A stretch of DNA of 48,683 nt from a virus (lineage: Duplodnaviria > Caudoviricetes): positions 1 to 48,683 of IMG/VR virus record IMGVR_UViG_3300022177_000073. The stretch is one strand, 5' to 3'. Below, piece after piece: positions 8,403-17,036 of this stretch (positions are counted from its first letter, which is position 1; each line of letters begins with the position of its first letter). A program made the position numbers and the translations under genes. Under the pieces are notes generated by a model, which saw only the letters and a list, made by a program, of their open reading frames with translations, was not told the DNA's origin and did no database searches.

Positions 8403-10286
8403 ATGGCAGCACATCGTTCATTTGCTGAATATGTAAAAAAGAAATTTGATAATAATTTCTGGGCGGCTGCCGAAAGCTACCTGGAGGCAAACCTTGATTC
8501 TTTGGGTATCGAATTAAAGAGAATCCATCGTGCCGGAGAGACGGAGATTTCAGATGTCAAGGTAGAATACGTGTGGGTTGAGGACAAGCCGGAAATGGAG
8601 ATGCATTTCGATGTGGCCGTTTCTATTTGGTTTGAAACCCATGAGGGAGATTACCATTACGACGATTATGATGAAAATATCGTGTGGATGATGGCTCATT
8701 GCCGTGGTGATCTGGATAAGAAACTGGATGATTTTGAAATCCTGCGGGTATCAAAATACAACGGCAAAAGCCGTGTGAAAGACCCGATGGATGATTCTCT
8801 TGTGCCGATTATCCCATATGAAAAATTGGATGATGTGGCAACAGCATTCTTGCAGGAATATTATCCGGCTGCACTTCGCATTCCAATGCGTGGTCAAGAC
8901 CCTGTATGGGTTGACCCGACAGAACTTGCAAAGAACATGGGGTTAACCGTCAGAAATCAGCGTATCCGTGAAGATGGTTCTGTATTTGGACAGATTTATT
9001 TTGATGATACCGATACAGTAATGTACGATGCAAACGAGGATGCAGATGTTCCTACGCATATCAAAGGAAAAACAATTGTTGTGGACCCGCAGATTTATCT
9101 GCTCCGAAATCTTGGTTCATTTAATAATACCATTGTTCATGAGTGCGTTCATTGGACGAAGCATCGCAAGGCATTCAAACTGGAACAGCTATTCAATACG
9201 GATGCTTCTTACATTAGTTGCGAGGTTGTTGGCGACGCAGATTCCCGCATATCCATAAAATCTACAAAGTATATGGAAAAGCAGGCTAATCAGCTTGCAC
9301 CGAGAATCCAGATGCCGAAGGAACCTTTTACAATAAAGGCTAAAGAATACATAGCCTATTTCATGAGACAGACCGATGCAAGGCATACGGTTGATGTCAT
9401 GGAAATGGTAATCGGGGCATTGGAGCGGGATTATGGTGTTTCGAGACAAGCCGTAAAAATTCGATTGGTAGAACTTGGCTTTGAAGAAGCCATCGGCACA
9501 TTTAACTATGTTGATGGACACTATGTAAAGCCACATGGTTTCCGCAAAGGTGCTATCAAAGTTAATCAGACATTTACTTTGAGTGCCCAGGACGCTGCAG
9601 TTCAGCGTTTTATGAATTTGGAACTCCGTGAAAAGACCGCAAACGGCGATTATCTTTTCGTGGATAACCATTTTGTTTATAACGCTCCCCTATATGTCGG
9701 TTATAACGAAGATGGCAAACTTGAACTGACCGATTATGCCCGAGCGCATATGGATGAATGCTGTCTTGCTTTTGATATGGAAATCACAAGCAAGGTAGAA
9801 TCCACATACCATACTGCCTGTTTCCTTAATCGTGAGCCGAGCGATGTAACCTTTGATATTACATATCACAACGGATATCAAAACGCGCCGCAATCGCGCC
9901 AGGTAGAGATGAGGAAAAAGCAACAGGCTGAATGGTTGGAAATTCGCAGGCAGATGACGGATGACCCTGAACAGTGTATGGATTTATTGCTTGATTGGCG
10001 TGGAATGAAGTACACGGACCTTGGTGATGCGATTGACCGTGACCCTAAAACAATCAGCCGAACAGTGAAAGGAACAACAAATCCATCTGTTGAAACAGCG
10101 GTTCTTATTTGCTTTGGCATGAACCTTCCTCCTGTTATCAGTGAAAAGCTGTTGGATGTTTTGAATTGCAAGTTAAAGCCTATGAATCCAGATCATCAGT
10201 GGATTAGCGAGGCTTTGCACGTGAAGTATCCGGAGCCATTGTGGGCAGTCAGAGAGTATCTGGAACAGTACGGTGTAAATATTTAA
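8403..10286 (+). CDS. ImmA/IrrE-family metallopeptidase fused to a C-terminal XRE HTH
   Basis: NNTIVHECVHW (HExxH) and the downstream MEKQANQLA motif of peptidase M78; C-terminal MKYTDLGDAIDRDPKTISRT...PSVETAVLICFGMNL resembles an HTH. Confidence 0.8.
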   Translation: MAAHRSFAEYVKKKFDNNFWAAAESYLEANLDSLGIELKRIHRAGETEISDVKVEYVWVEDKPEMEMHFDVAVSIWFETHEGDYHYDDYDENIVWMMAHCRGDLDKKLDDFEILRVSKYNGKSRVKDPMDDSLVPIIPYEKLDDVATAFLQEYYPAALRIPMRGQDPVWVDPTELAKNMGLTVRNQRIREDGSVFGQIYFDDTDTVMYDANEDADVPTHIKGKTIVVDPQIYLLRNLGSFNNTIVHECVHWTKHRKAFKLEQLFNTDASYISCEVVGDADSRISIKSTKYMEKQANQLAPRIQMPKEPFTIKAKEYIAYFMRQTDARHTVDVMEMVIGALERDYGVSRQAVKIRLVELGFEEAIGTFNYVDGHYVKPHGFRKGAIKVNQTFTLSAQDAAVQRFMNLELREKTANGDYLFVDNHFVYNAPLYVGYNEDGKLELTDYARAHMDECCLAFDMEITSKVESTYHTACFLNREPSDVTFDITYHNGYQNAPQSRQVEMRKKQQAEWLEIRRQMTDDPEQCMDLLLDWRGMKYTDLGDAIDRDPKTISRTVKGTTNPSVETAVLICFGMNLPPVISEKLLDVLNCKLKPMNPDHQWISEALHVKYPEPLWAVREYLEQYGVNI

Positions 10287-10306
10287 AAATTTTTTTCATA
10301 AAAAAA

Positions 10307-10323
10307 CGGACATGGCGTGTCCG
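10307..10323. promoter_or_regulatory. Palindromic candidate operator, copy 1 (CGGACA-N5-TGTCCG)
   Basis: CGGACATGGCGTGTCCG; a near-identical copy lies at 11490-11506. Confidence 0.55.
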
Positions 10324-10339
10324 GCGAAATGGGGGTGAC

Positions 10340-11368
10340 ATGATGGGATTAACCATGCTTGAGATGATAGATAACAGGTTGGCGCACTTTTTTCCGCAGC
10401 CGGAATTATACGATGTTTCCCTGTTTAGCATTGAGAATCTGCGTGATTGTATCATCATGTTCATTCTTAAAGATGCGTACTATTTGACTGAGCCGAAACA
10501 ATCGTTAAGAGAAAATCGAGGAACGGATGCTGACGATGTAAGAATGCGTGACAGCAGAAATATTGCATATGCTCAGCATTATCGAGACCTTCAGTGTAAT
10601 CATGTGAAAAACGACTTAGGTATTGAAATACCGGAGTTGCTTTCTGCGGATGTCGAAACCATGCGTGGAAAACTGCAGGGGCATAATATTACCCCGATGC
10701 AGTATTTTGAATTAAATACACTTGCAAACCATCCATTGCTTAAAGCTATCGTAAATAAGCGAATCTGTGACGTAAAGAAAATATCCAATGCAACCTTCCT
10801 TGAATATATGCAGGATTATGATAAATTGGTAAGCCTGCTCCTTAAAAAACTGGATGGCTCGGATGAGGATGTTATTTTCGGTACAATCGCCTTGTTTACA
10901 TTAGAATGGAAATATAATGTAGAACTGTTTTATTCCTGTGCAGTCAATGCGGAAGAAGCAGGGGTTCAGGATGTTCCAGTGCATCGCCTGGCTGGATTAT
11001 GCGCCGAACTTTCGATGCCGTTAGCACCGGATTTTACACATATGCTTCATACAGAAAGTCGCTTTGTCCTACACAGGCTGAAATTGGTACCAACCGTATA
11101 TTCTGCATCGGAATCAGAATGGGATGAAGTAAAAGATAAAATATGCCATTATCAGACGGCCAGATATTATATTGAGAAAGAGATTGTACGCAAATGGGAT
11201 ATGGCAGGTTTCTTTGCCCGATACACCACAAGAGAACAGTGGGCAAAATTCTTCCGGGAACACTATGATTTAAGACAAATCTACGTTCCGAAGGAATGGA
11301 ATAATAAACGCATTCGCTATATGAGAAGTATTTATAGTGCGATGATTAAGAACCAACCTACACCATAA
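10340..11368 (+). CDS. Hypothetical protein (about 342 aa, no recognised motif)
   Basis: Long ORF; GGGGGTG RBS before ATG 10340/10343; followed by a terminator. Confidence 0.75.
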   Translation: MMGLTMLEMIDNRLAHFFPQPELYDVSLFSIENLRDCIIMFILKDAYYLTEPKQSLRENRGTDADDVRMRDSRNIAYAQHYRDLQCNHVKNDLGIEIPELLSADVETMRGKLQGHNITPMQYFELNTLANHPLLKAIVNKRICDVKKISNATFLEYMQDYDKLVSLLLKKLDGSDEDVIFGTIALFTLEWKYNVELFYSCAVNAEEAGVQDVPVHRLAGLCAELSMPLAPDFTHMLHTESRFVLHRLKLVPTVYSASESEWDEVKDKICHYQTARYYIEKEIVRKWDMAGFFARYTTREQWAKFFREHYDLRQIYVPKEWNNKRIRYMRSIYSAMIKNQPTP

Positions 11369-11423
11369 TCCCGTTTTTCCGATTTTTCGTTCTTAAAAGC
11401 CTTCATAAAATTTAGATAAAATT

Positions 11424-11468
11424 AAGCCAGAACATGAGAGTAAATACTCTTCGTGTTCTGGCTTTTTT
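11424..11468 (+). terminator. Intrinsic terminator
   Basis: AAGCCAGAACATGAGAGT-AAAT-ACTCTTCGTGTTCTGGCTT followed by a T run. Confidence 0.75.
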
Positions 11469-11489
11469 GCGTTTTACGGCATTTTTTAG

Positions 11490-11506
11490 CGGACACGGCG
11501 TGTCCA
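11490..11506. promoter_or_regulatory. Palindromic candidate operator, copy 2 (GGACAC-N3-GTGTCC)
   Basis: CGGACACGGCGTGTCCA, upstream of a TAAACT -10-like hexamer (11528-11533). Confidence 0.55.
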
Positions 11507-11547
11507 TCGCAGAAAAAAATTCCAGTGTAAACTATAAATAAAAACGC

Positions 11548-11814
11548 CTGGCATTGAGACGGGTACACAGAAATGCGTATCCATCTGAGTGCCAGACACT
11601 CAAATAAAAAATATTCCAATGCCCGAAGTGGTCGACCTTAAGGCGGCGGGATACATCAAGAGTCAAATTCACGGTATAGCCGTGGACTGACCAAAGATGT
11701 ACCCACCGTACTTTGCCATGCCCATTTTCGGTATCAGAGTCGGTGTGTAGCATCACATCGGCTCTTTTTGTGTCCCTGCCGCCACCCAGTCGGGCGGAAA
11801 AGAAAGGCAGGGAC
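11548..11814 (+). ncRNA. Putative structured leader RNA / attenuator upstream of the sigma-like gene
   Basis: Successive pairings: 11548-11595 hairpin; 11623-11731 long nested stem; 11737-11769 terminator hairpin plus TTTTT; 11772-11814 stem covering the RBS region. Confidence 0.55.
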
Positions 11815-11819
11815 TTTAA

Positions 11820-12308
11820 ATGAGAAAGTTCAAAACAGCGGAAGACAACCGTACAAATTACATCTATTACTTCAACGATGGTACAAGCTACACCATCACT
11901 CCCGGCGAAAACGGAGAGAACGCAACCATTATCTCACAGCTTCACGGCATGGACGATGAAGAACTGGATGCACAGCGTAGAGAGGCATATCACTGTCCGG
12001 TTCACTTGGACGGCTACCACGATGGGGACGGCGACGATGCGGATGACCGCAACCCATACCTTGAGGACGATACCTACAATCCTCTGCAGCAGATTCTCAC
12101 TTCTATCGCAAACGAGGAGCGTTCCGTTCGTATGGAAAAGCTGAAGGTGGCTCTTTCGGAACTGACGGACAAGCAGAAGGATACCGTTATCAAGAAGTTC
12201 TATCGTGGCATGACCAACGTGCAGATTGCAGCAGAAGAAGGTGTTTCAGAGGCAGCCATCCGTAACAGGCTCACGAAGATTTACGCAACGCTGAAAAAGA
12301 AAATTTAA
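11820..12308 (+). CDS. Sigma70 region-4 domain protein (phage sigma-like activator)
   Basis: C-terminal LSELTDKQKDTVIKKFYRGMTNVQIAAEEGVSEAAIRNRL is a sigma70 r4 HTH. Confidence 0.85.
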   Translation: MRKFKTAEDNRTNYIYYFNDGTSYTITPGENGENATIISQLHGMDDEELDAQRREAYHCPVHLDGYHDGDGDDADDRNPYLEDDTYNPLQQILTSIANEERSVRMEKLKVALSELTDKQKDTVIKKFYRGMTNVQIAAEEGVSEAAIRNRLTKIYATLKKKI

Positions 12309-12322
12309 AAAAGTTTGATTTG

Positions 12323-12365
12323 AGGGGGTTCGATTCCCCCTCATTTTTCGCTTATGGACAGAGGG
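12323..12365 (+). promoter_or_regulatory. 43-bp repeated motif, copy 1 (candidate phage-sigma promoter)
   Basis: AGGGGGTTCGATTCCCCCTCATTTTTCGCTTATGGACAGAGGG; matches 16951-16993 and 47805-47847 without gaps. Confidence 0.7.
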
Positions 12366-12399
12366 GTGAGAAAAACTCCTCGGAAAGGAGCCAAGTGCA

Positions 12400-12618
12400 A
12401 TGGTAAAACACAAAATCTCTATTAACATTGCAAAACCCGGCGGCACACCTTCTCCGGTAGTCCGAAGCGGAACGATGCAGATTCGCAAGAGAATACTTGA
12501 TTTTCTCTTCGGTCAGCAGGTAAACGTCCTGGTTCTGTCCCCCGGTGACTCGGTGCAGACTGTCGAGATTCACGAACTGAAAGGAGGCGAAAACCATGAC
12601 AAACGCAAACAAGTTTAA
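12400..12618 (+). CDS. Hypothetical phage protein
   Basis: 72-aa ORF with an AAGGAG RBS; overlaps the next gene. Confidence 0.75.
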   Translation: MVKHKISINIAKPGGTPSPVVRSGTMQIRKRILDFLFGQQVNVLVLSPGDSVQTVEIHELKGGENHDKRKQV

Positions 12619-12949
12619 CCTGCTCCTTGATGTGGTGAAGCTGATGCACTCGTTGGCAGACGGACTGGAGGCTGTGGCTTATGCATTCGCAGACAGCCAG
12701 GAAATCTTCGTTGAAGCCAAGGAAGTGTCGAAGCCTGTCGAAACAGGACAACCCACAAAACAGATAGCAGCAGAAAAAACACCTTCATTGGCAGATGTAC
12801 GTGCCGTGCTTGCGGTAAAAACGCAGAACGGAATGACAGCCGAGGTCAAGGGTCTGATTACCAAGTACGGCGGCACCAAGCTGTCAGATGTGGACCCGAA
12901 GCATTACGCAGACCTTATTAAGGATGCGGAGGTGCTTGGCAATGGGTAA
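12596..12949 (+). CDS. Hypothetical phage protein (replication module)
   Basis: AGGAGG RBS; C-terminal VKGLITKYGGTKLSDVDPKHYADL pattern, as commonly seen upstream of DUF2800 genes. Confidence 0.8.
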   Translation: MTNANKFNLLLDVVKLMHSLADGLEAVAYAFADSQEIFVEAKEVSKPVETGQPTKQIAAEKTPSLADVRAVLAVKTQNGMTAEVKGLITKYGGTKLSDVDPKHYADLIKDAEVLGNG

Positions 12950-14078
12950 TCACGCACTTCTTTCTCCTTCCAGTTCCCACAGGTGGCTTTCTTGCACACC
13001 GAGTGCAGTTCTGGAAACGGAGTTTGAAAACAAGAGCAGTAACGCTGCCGAAGAAGGTACCGCTTTTCACGCATTGTGCGAACACAAGCTGAAGAAGGCG
13101 CTCCGCAGACGCAGTAAAAGACCTGTTTCCGCATTTAACACCGATGAGATGGAAGAACACTCTGACGGCTATGTAGAGTTTGTGTTGGAGCAACTTGAAA
13201 AAGCAAAGCAGACCTGCCCTGATCCACTGGTGCTGATTGAGCAGAAGGTTGACCTATCGGATTTTGTACCGGGGTCGTATGGAACGGCAGACTGTCTTAT
13301 GGTTTCAGACGATACCCTGCACATTATTGATGCGAAGTACGGACTCGGAGTCCTTGTGGATGCGGAACGAAATACGCAGCTCATGTGTTACGGCATCGCA
13401 GCCCTTGGTGTCTATGAAAGCCTGTATGACATCAAAGAAGTTTCCCTCTCAATATTCCAGCCAAGACGTGAGAATGTTCAAACGTGGACGGTATCCGTGG
13501 AGGAGTTGAAGGATTGGGCGGAAAACGAACTGAAACCCAAGGCACAAATGGCTGCCAAGGGCGAAGGCGAATATTGTCCCGGAGAGTGGTGTCAGTTCTG
13601 CCGTGCAGCGGTCAAGTGCCGTGCAAGGGCAGCAGAAAAACTCCGTATTGCAGAGGAAGAATTCAAACTACCACCTTTACTTACTGATGAAGAGATTGAA
13701 TCCATTCTTCCGATGTTGCCGGATATCACCAAGTGGGCAAACGAAATCAGTGCTTATGCCCTGGAGGCGGCACTAAACCACGGTAAGCAGTGGAGCGGGT
13801 TCAAGGTTGTGGAAGGTCGTTCTAACCGTAAGTTTTCCGATGAGGATGCGGTGGCGGCGGCAGCCAAGGAACACGGTTACACAGATATTTACCGTCAGAG
13901 TCTTATCACGCTGACCGAAATGCAGAAGCTGATGGGCAAAAAGCAGTTCGAGGAAATCCTGGGCGGCCTCGTAATCAAACCACCCGGAAAGCCTACCCTC
14001 GTTCCCCTTTCGGATAAGAGGCAGGCAATGAATGTATCAAACGCAAAAAACGAATTCAATAAAATTATGGAGGATTAA
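12942..14078 (+). CDS. DUF2800-family Cas4-like PD-(D/E)XK exonuclease
   Basis: HALLSPSSSHRWLSC, GTAD...IIDAKYG nuclease core, CQFCRAAVKC Fe-S cysteines. Confidence 0.85.
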   Translation: MGNHALLSPSSSHRWLSCTPSAVLETEFENKSSNAAEEGTAFHALCEHKLKKALRRRSKRPVSAFNTDEMEEHSDGYVEFVLEQLEKAKQTCPDPLVLIEQKVDLSDFVPGSYGTADCLMVSDDTLHIIDAKYGLGVLVDAERNTQLMCYGIAALGVYESLYDIKEVSLSIFQPRRENVQTWTVSVEELKDWAENELKPKAQMAAKGEGEYCPGEWCQFCRAAVKCRARAAEKLRIAEEEFKLPPLLTDEEIESILPMLPDITKWANEISAYALEAALNHGKQWSGFKVVEGRSNRKFSDEDAVAAAAKEHGYTDIYRQSLITLTEMQKLMGKKQFEEILGGLVIKPPGKPTLVPLSDKRQAMNVSNAKNEFNKIMED

Positions 14079-14082
14079 AATT

Positions 14083-14631
14083 ATGGCAAACGTAAACAGA
14101 ACTAAGGTTATCACTGGCAAGAACACTCGTCTTTCTTACTTCCACGGTTGGGAGCCTGTAAGCATCAATGGCGGCACTGAAAAATATTCCGTGTCCGTGC
14201 TGATTCCGAAGGATGATACCGAAACCATCAACGCTATCAATGCTGCCGTGGATGCTGCTATCGAGGAAGGCATCGCCAAGTTCGGCGGCAAGAAGCCTAA
14301 CAAGGGCGCAATCAAACTTCCTCTCCGCGATGGCGATGTTGAGCGTGACGATGACGCCTATAAGGGTCATTACTTCGTGAACGCCAACAGCACCACTGCA
14401 CCTCAGATTGTGGACAAGGCTGTGAAGCCTATCCTTGACCGTGACGAGGTCTACTCCGGCTGTTATGCGAGAGTGTCCTTGAACTTTTACGCATTTAACA
14501 GTAACGGCAATCGTGGCGTTGCCTGTGGTCTTGGCAACATCCAGAAAATCCGTGACGGTGAGTATCTCGGCGGCCGTACTTCCGCAACCGATGACTTCTC
14601 CACTGTTGAGGATGACGATTTCCTGGCTTAA
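14083..14631 (+). CDS. DUF2815-family ssDNA-binding protein (T7 gp2.5-like)
   Basis: KYSVSVLIPK, LPLRDGD, VYSGCYARVS, GLGNIQK and an acidic tail EDDDFLA. Confidence 0.85.
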   Translation: MANVNRTKVITGKNTRLSYFHGWEPVSINGGTEKYSVSVLIPKDDTETINAINAAVDAAIEEGIAKFGGKKPNKGAIKLPLRDGDVERDDDAYKGHYFVNANSTTAPQIVDKAVKPILDRDEVYSGCYARVSLNFYAFNSNGNRGVACGLGNIQKIRDGEYLGGRTSATDDFSTVEDDDFLA

Positions 14632-14707
14632 GTGTAACCCCTGGCAGGCGGTGTGAAATACCACCGTCTGCCTCAAACGAAAATTACGAAATACGAGGTA
14701 AAACGAT

Positions 14708-14899
14708 ATGAACGAATTATACGAATTTATGAAACAGGTCGATGTGATTGTGCTTTTCTGCCTAATCTACGGTCTTGCCATCAACGGCATTGTGTGGACG
14801 GTATGTGAGGTTATCCGCTTTATCATGAAGAAGGTCAAAGCCTTTCGTGAAAAGCGTAAGCAGAAAAATGCTGCACAGAATGAAGATGTGACCGAGTAA
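14708..14899 (+). CDS. Small single-TM membrane protein
   Basis: GAGGT RBS; hydrophobic stretch followed by a basic tail; bracketed by GC-rich hairpins at 14643-14672 and 14902-14942. Confidence 0.6.
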   Translation: MNELYEFMKQVDVIVLFCLIYGLAINGIVWTVCEVIRFIMKKVKAFREKRKQKNAAQNEDVTE

Positions 14900-14957
14900 A
14901 CATGACGGGCGGCGGAGGATATTCTTCTGCCGCCTTTGTCATAGAAAGGAATGTGCT

Positions 14958-16946
14958 ATGAAAGTATTAAGTATTGATATTGAAACCTTCTCCTCGGTCA
15001 ATCTGCAAAAATGTGGTGTTTACAAATACGCAGAGAGCGAGGATTTTGAAATATTGCTGTTCGGCTATGCCGTGGACGGTGGTGCGGTGCAGGTGGTCGA
15101 CCTTGCCTGGGGGGAGAAAATCCCGGCAGAGATTATTGAGGCACTGACCGATGATGCCGTTATAAAAACTGCTTTTAACGCAGCATTTGAGAGGGTATGT
15201 CTGTCCAGGTTCTTATCGGATATGGGTGTAAGCCTTGACCCGTTCCATGACAATTATCCGTTGTCGCAGGAATGCGCCCGTTACTTAAATCCGTCAAGCT
15301 GGCACTGCACTATGATTTGGTCGGCAACCCTGGGTTTGCCTCTTTCCCTTGAAGGTGTCGGTGCGGTTCTTGGACTAGAAAAGCAAAAGCTGACAGAGGG
15401 TAAATCCTTAATCAAATATTTCTGTGTTCCCTGTGCATCGACTAAGGTAAATGGCGGCCGCACAAGAAATCTGCCGGAGCATGATATGGAGAAGTGGCAG
15501 CAGTTTAAGGCATATAATCTCCGTGATGTGGAAACAGAGATGGGCATTCAGGCAAAGTTGTCACGCTTTCCGGTATCAGATAAGATTTGGGCGGAATATC
15601 ATCTGAGCGAGGAAGTCAATGACCGTGGCATCGGTGTGGATATGGCGCTTGTAAACAGCGCCATTGATATCGACAGCAAGAGCCGTGAGCGTCTGACTGC
15701 CAGGATGCAGGCTCTGACAAATCTCGACAATCCAAACTCCGTGCAGCAGATGAAATCCTGGCTTGCAGATAACGGTCTGGAAATGGACAGCCTTGGGAAA
15801 AAGGAAGTGGCGGCGGCAATCAAAACAGCGCCACAGGAACTTATCGATGTGCTTTCCCTGCGTCAGCAGCTTGCCAAAAGCAGTGTGAAAAAATATACGG
15901 CTATGAAAAATGCCGTGTGCAGGGATAATCGTGCAAGGGGGATGTTTCAGTTTTACGGAGCCAATCGTACCGGAAGATTTGCGGGCAGGCTGATTCAGCT
16001 TCAGAACCTGCCGCAGAACCATATGGAAGATCTGGCAGAAGCACGTGACCTTGTACGCAGCGAAAACTATGATGCCCTGGAAATTCTATATGAAGATATC
16101 CCCGATACTCTGTCACAGCTTATCCGTACTGCCTTTGTGCCACAGAAGGACAGAAAATTTATCGTAGCGGACTTTTCTGCGATTGAAGCGAGGGTGTTGG
16201 CTTGGCTTGCAGGTGAACAGTGGAGAATGAAAGTGTTCGAGGAAGGCAAAGACATTTATTGCAGCAGTGCAAGTCAGATGTTTGGCGTTCCCGTTGAAAA
16301 GCATGGTGTGAACGGACACCTTCGTCAAAAAGGCAAAATTGCAGAACTCGCCCTCGGTTATGGTGGCTCAGTTGGTGCTCTGAAAGCTATGGGTGCCTTG
16401 GAGATGGGTATTGCGGAAGAAGAACTTCAGCCTCTTGTATCTGCGTGGAGAAATGCCAATCCTATGATAACCAGGTTGTGGTGGGATATCGACCGTGCCG
16501 TGAAGACCTGCGTGAAAGAAAAAAGCAGAACGGAAACCCACGGCATTGTATTTCACTATCAGAGTGGATTTCTGTTTCTGACACTTCCGTCTGGCAGACA
16601 GCTTGCCTATGTGAAACCACGCATGGGAGAGAATCAGTTCGGTGGCAAGGCAGTGACCTATGAAGGTGTGGGTGCAACAAAGAAGTGGGAGCGTCTGGAA
16701 AGCTACGGCCCCAAATTCACGGAAAATGTGGTGCAGGCAATCGCAAGGGATATTCTGATGTTTGCCATTCAGACCTTGAGCCACTGCGATATCGTTGCCC
16801 ATGTTCACGATGAAATCATCATCGAATGCGACCGCAGGGTTTCCCTGGATGCCGTCTGTGAGCAGATGGGCAGGACTCCGCCTTGGGCGAAGGGACTTCT
16901 TCTTCGTGCAGACGGATACGAGTGCAATTTTTATAGAAAAGATTAA
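14958..16946 (+). CDS. Phage family A DNA polymerase
   Basis: ExoI SIDIET; motif A ADFSAIEARV; motif B RQKGKIAELALGYG; motif C VHDEII. Confidence 0.95.
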   Translation: MKVLSIDIETFSSVNLQKCGVYKYAESEDFEILLFGYAVDGGAVQVVDLAWGEKIPAEIIEALTDDAVIKTAFNAAFERVCLSRFLSDMGVSLDPFHDNYPLSQECARYLNPSSWHCTMIWSATLGLPLSLEGVGAVLGLEKQKLTEGKSLIKYFCVPCASTKVNGGRTRNLPEHDMEKWQQFKAYNLRDVETEMGIQAKLSRFPVSDKIWAEYHLSEEVNDRGIGVDMALVNSAIDIDSKSRERLTARMQALTNLDNPNSVQQMKSWLADNGLEMDSLGKKEVAAAIKTAPQELIDVLSLRQQLAKSSVKKYTAMKNAVCRDNRARGMFQFYGANRTGRFAGRLIQLQNLPQNHMEDLAEARDLVRSENYDALEILYEDIPDTLSQLIRTAFVPQKDRKFIVADFSAIEARVLAWLAGEQWRMKVFEEGKDIYCSSASQMFGVPVEKHGVNGHLRQKGKIAELALGYGGSVGALKAMGALEMGIAEEELQPLVSAWRNANPMITRLWWDIDRAVKTCVKEKSRTETHGIVFHYQSGFLFLTLPSGRQLAYVKPRMGENQFGGKAVTYEGVGATKKWERLESYGPKFTENVVQAIARDILMFAIQTLSHCDIVAHVHDEIIIECDRRVSLDAVCEQMGRTPPWAKGLLLRADGYECNFYRKD

Positions 16947-16950
16947 AATT

Positions 16951-16993
16951 AGGGGGTTCGATTCCATCGGATTCTTCGCTTATAGGCAGAGGG
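16951..16993 (+). promoter_or_regulatory. 43-bp repeated motif, copy 2
   Basis: AGGGGGTTCGATTCCATCGGATTCTTCGCTTATAGGCAGAGGG; its 3' end is part of a hairpin ATAGGCAGAGGGA/TCCTTCTGCCTAT. Confidence 0.7.
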
Positions 16994-17036
16994 ATACAAG
17001 TCCTTCTGCCTATTAAATTTTTAAGGAGGATTCGAT

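Noticed and set aside
12322-12342. GAGGGGG-TTCGATT-CCCCCTC resembles a tRNA T-arm (possible tRNA remnant or att site)
   Set aside because: No acceptor, D or anticodon arms nearby. The other two copies keep GGTTCGATTC but lose the stem, which fits a DNA motif better.
12942-14078. Cas4-like nuclease as a sign of CRISPR-Cas
   Set aside because: No repeat-spacer array or other cas genes seen; it sits in the usual phage position next to SSB and PolA.
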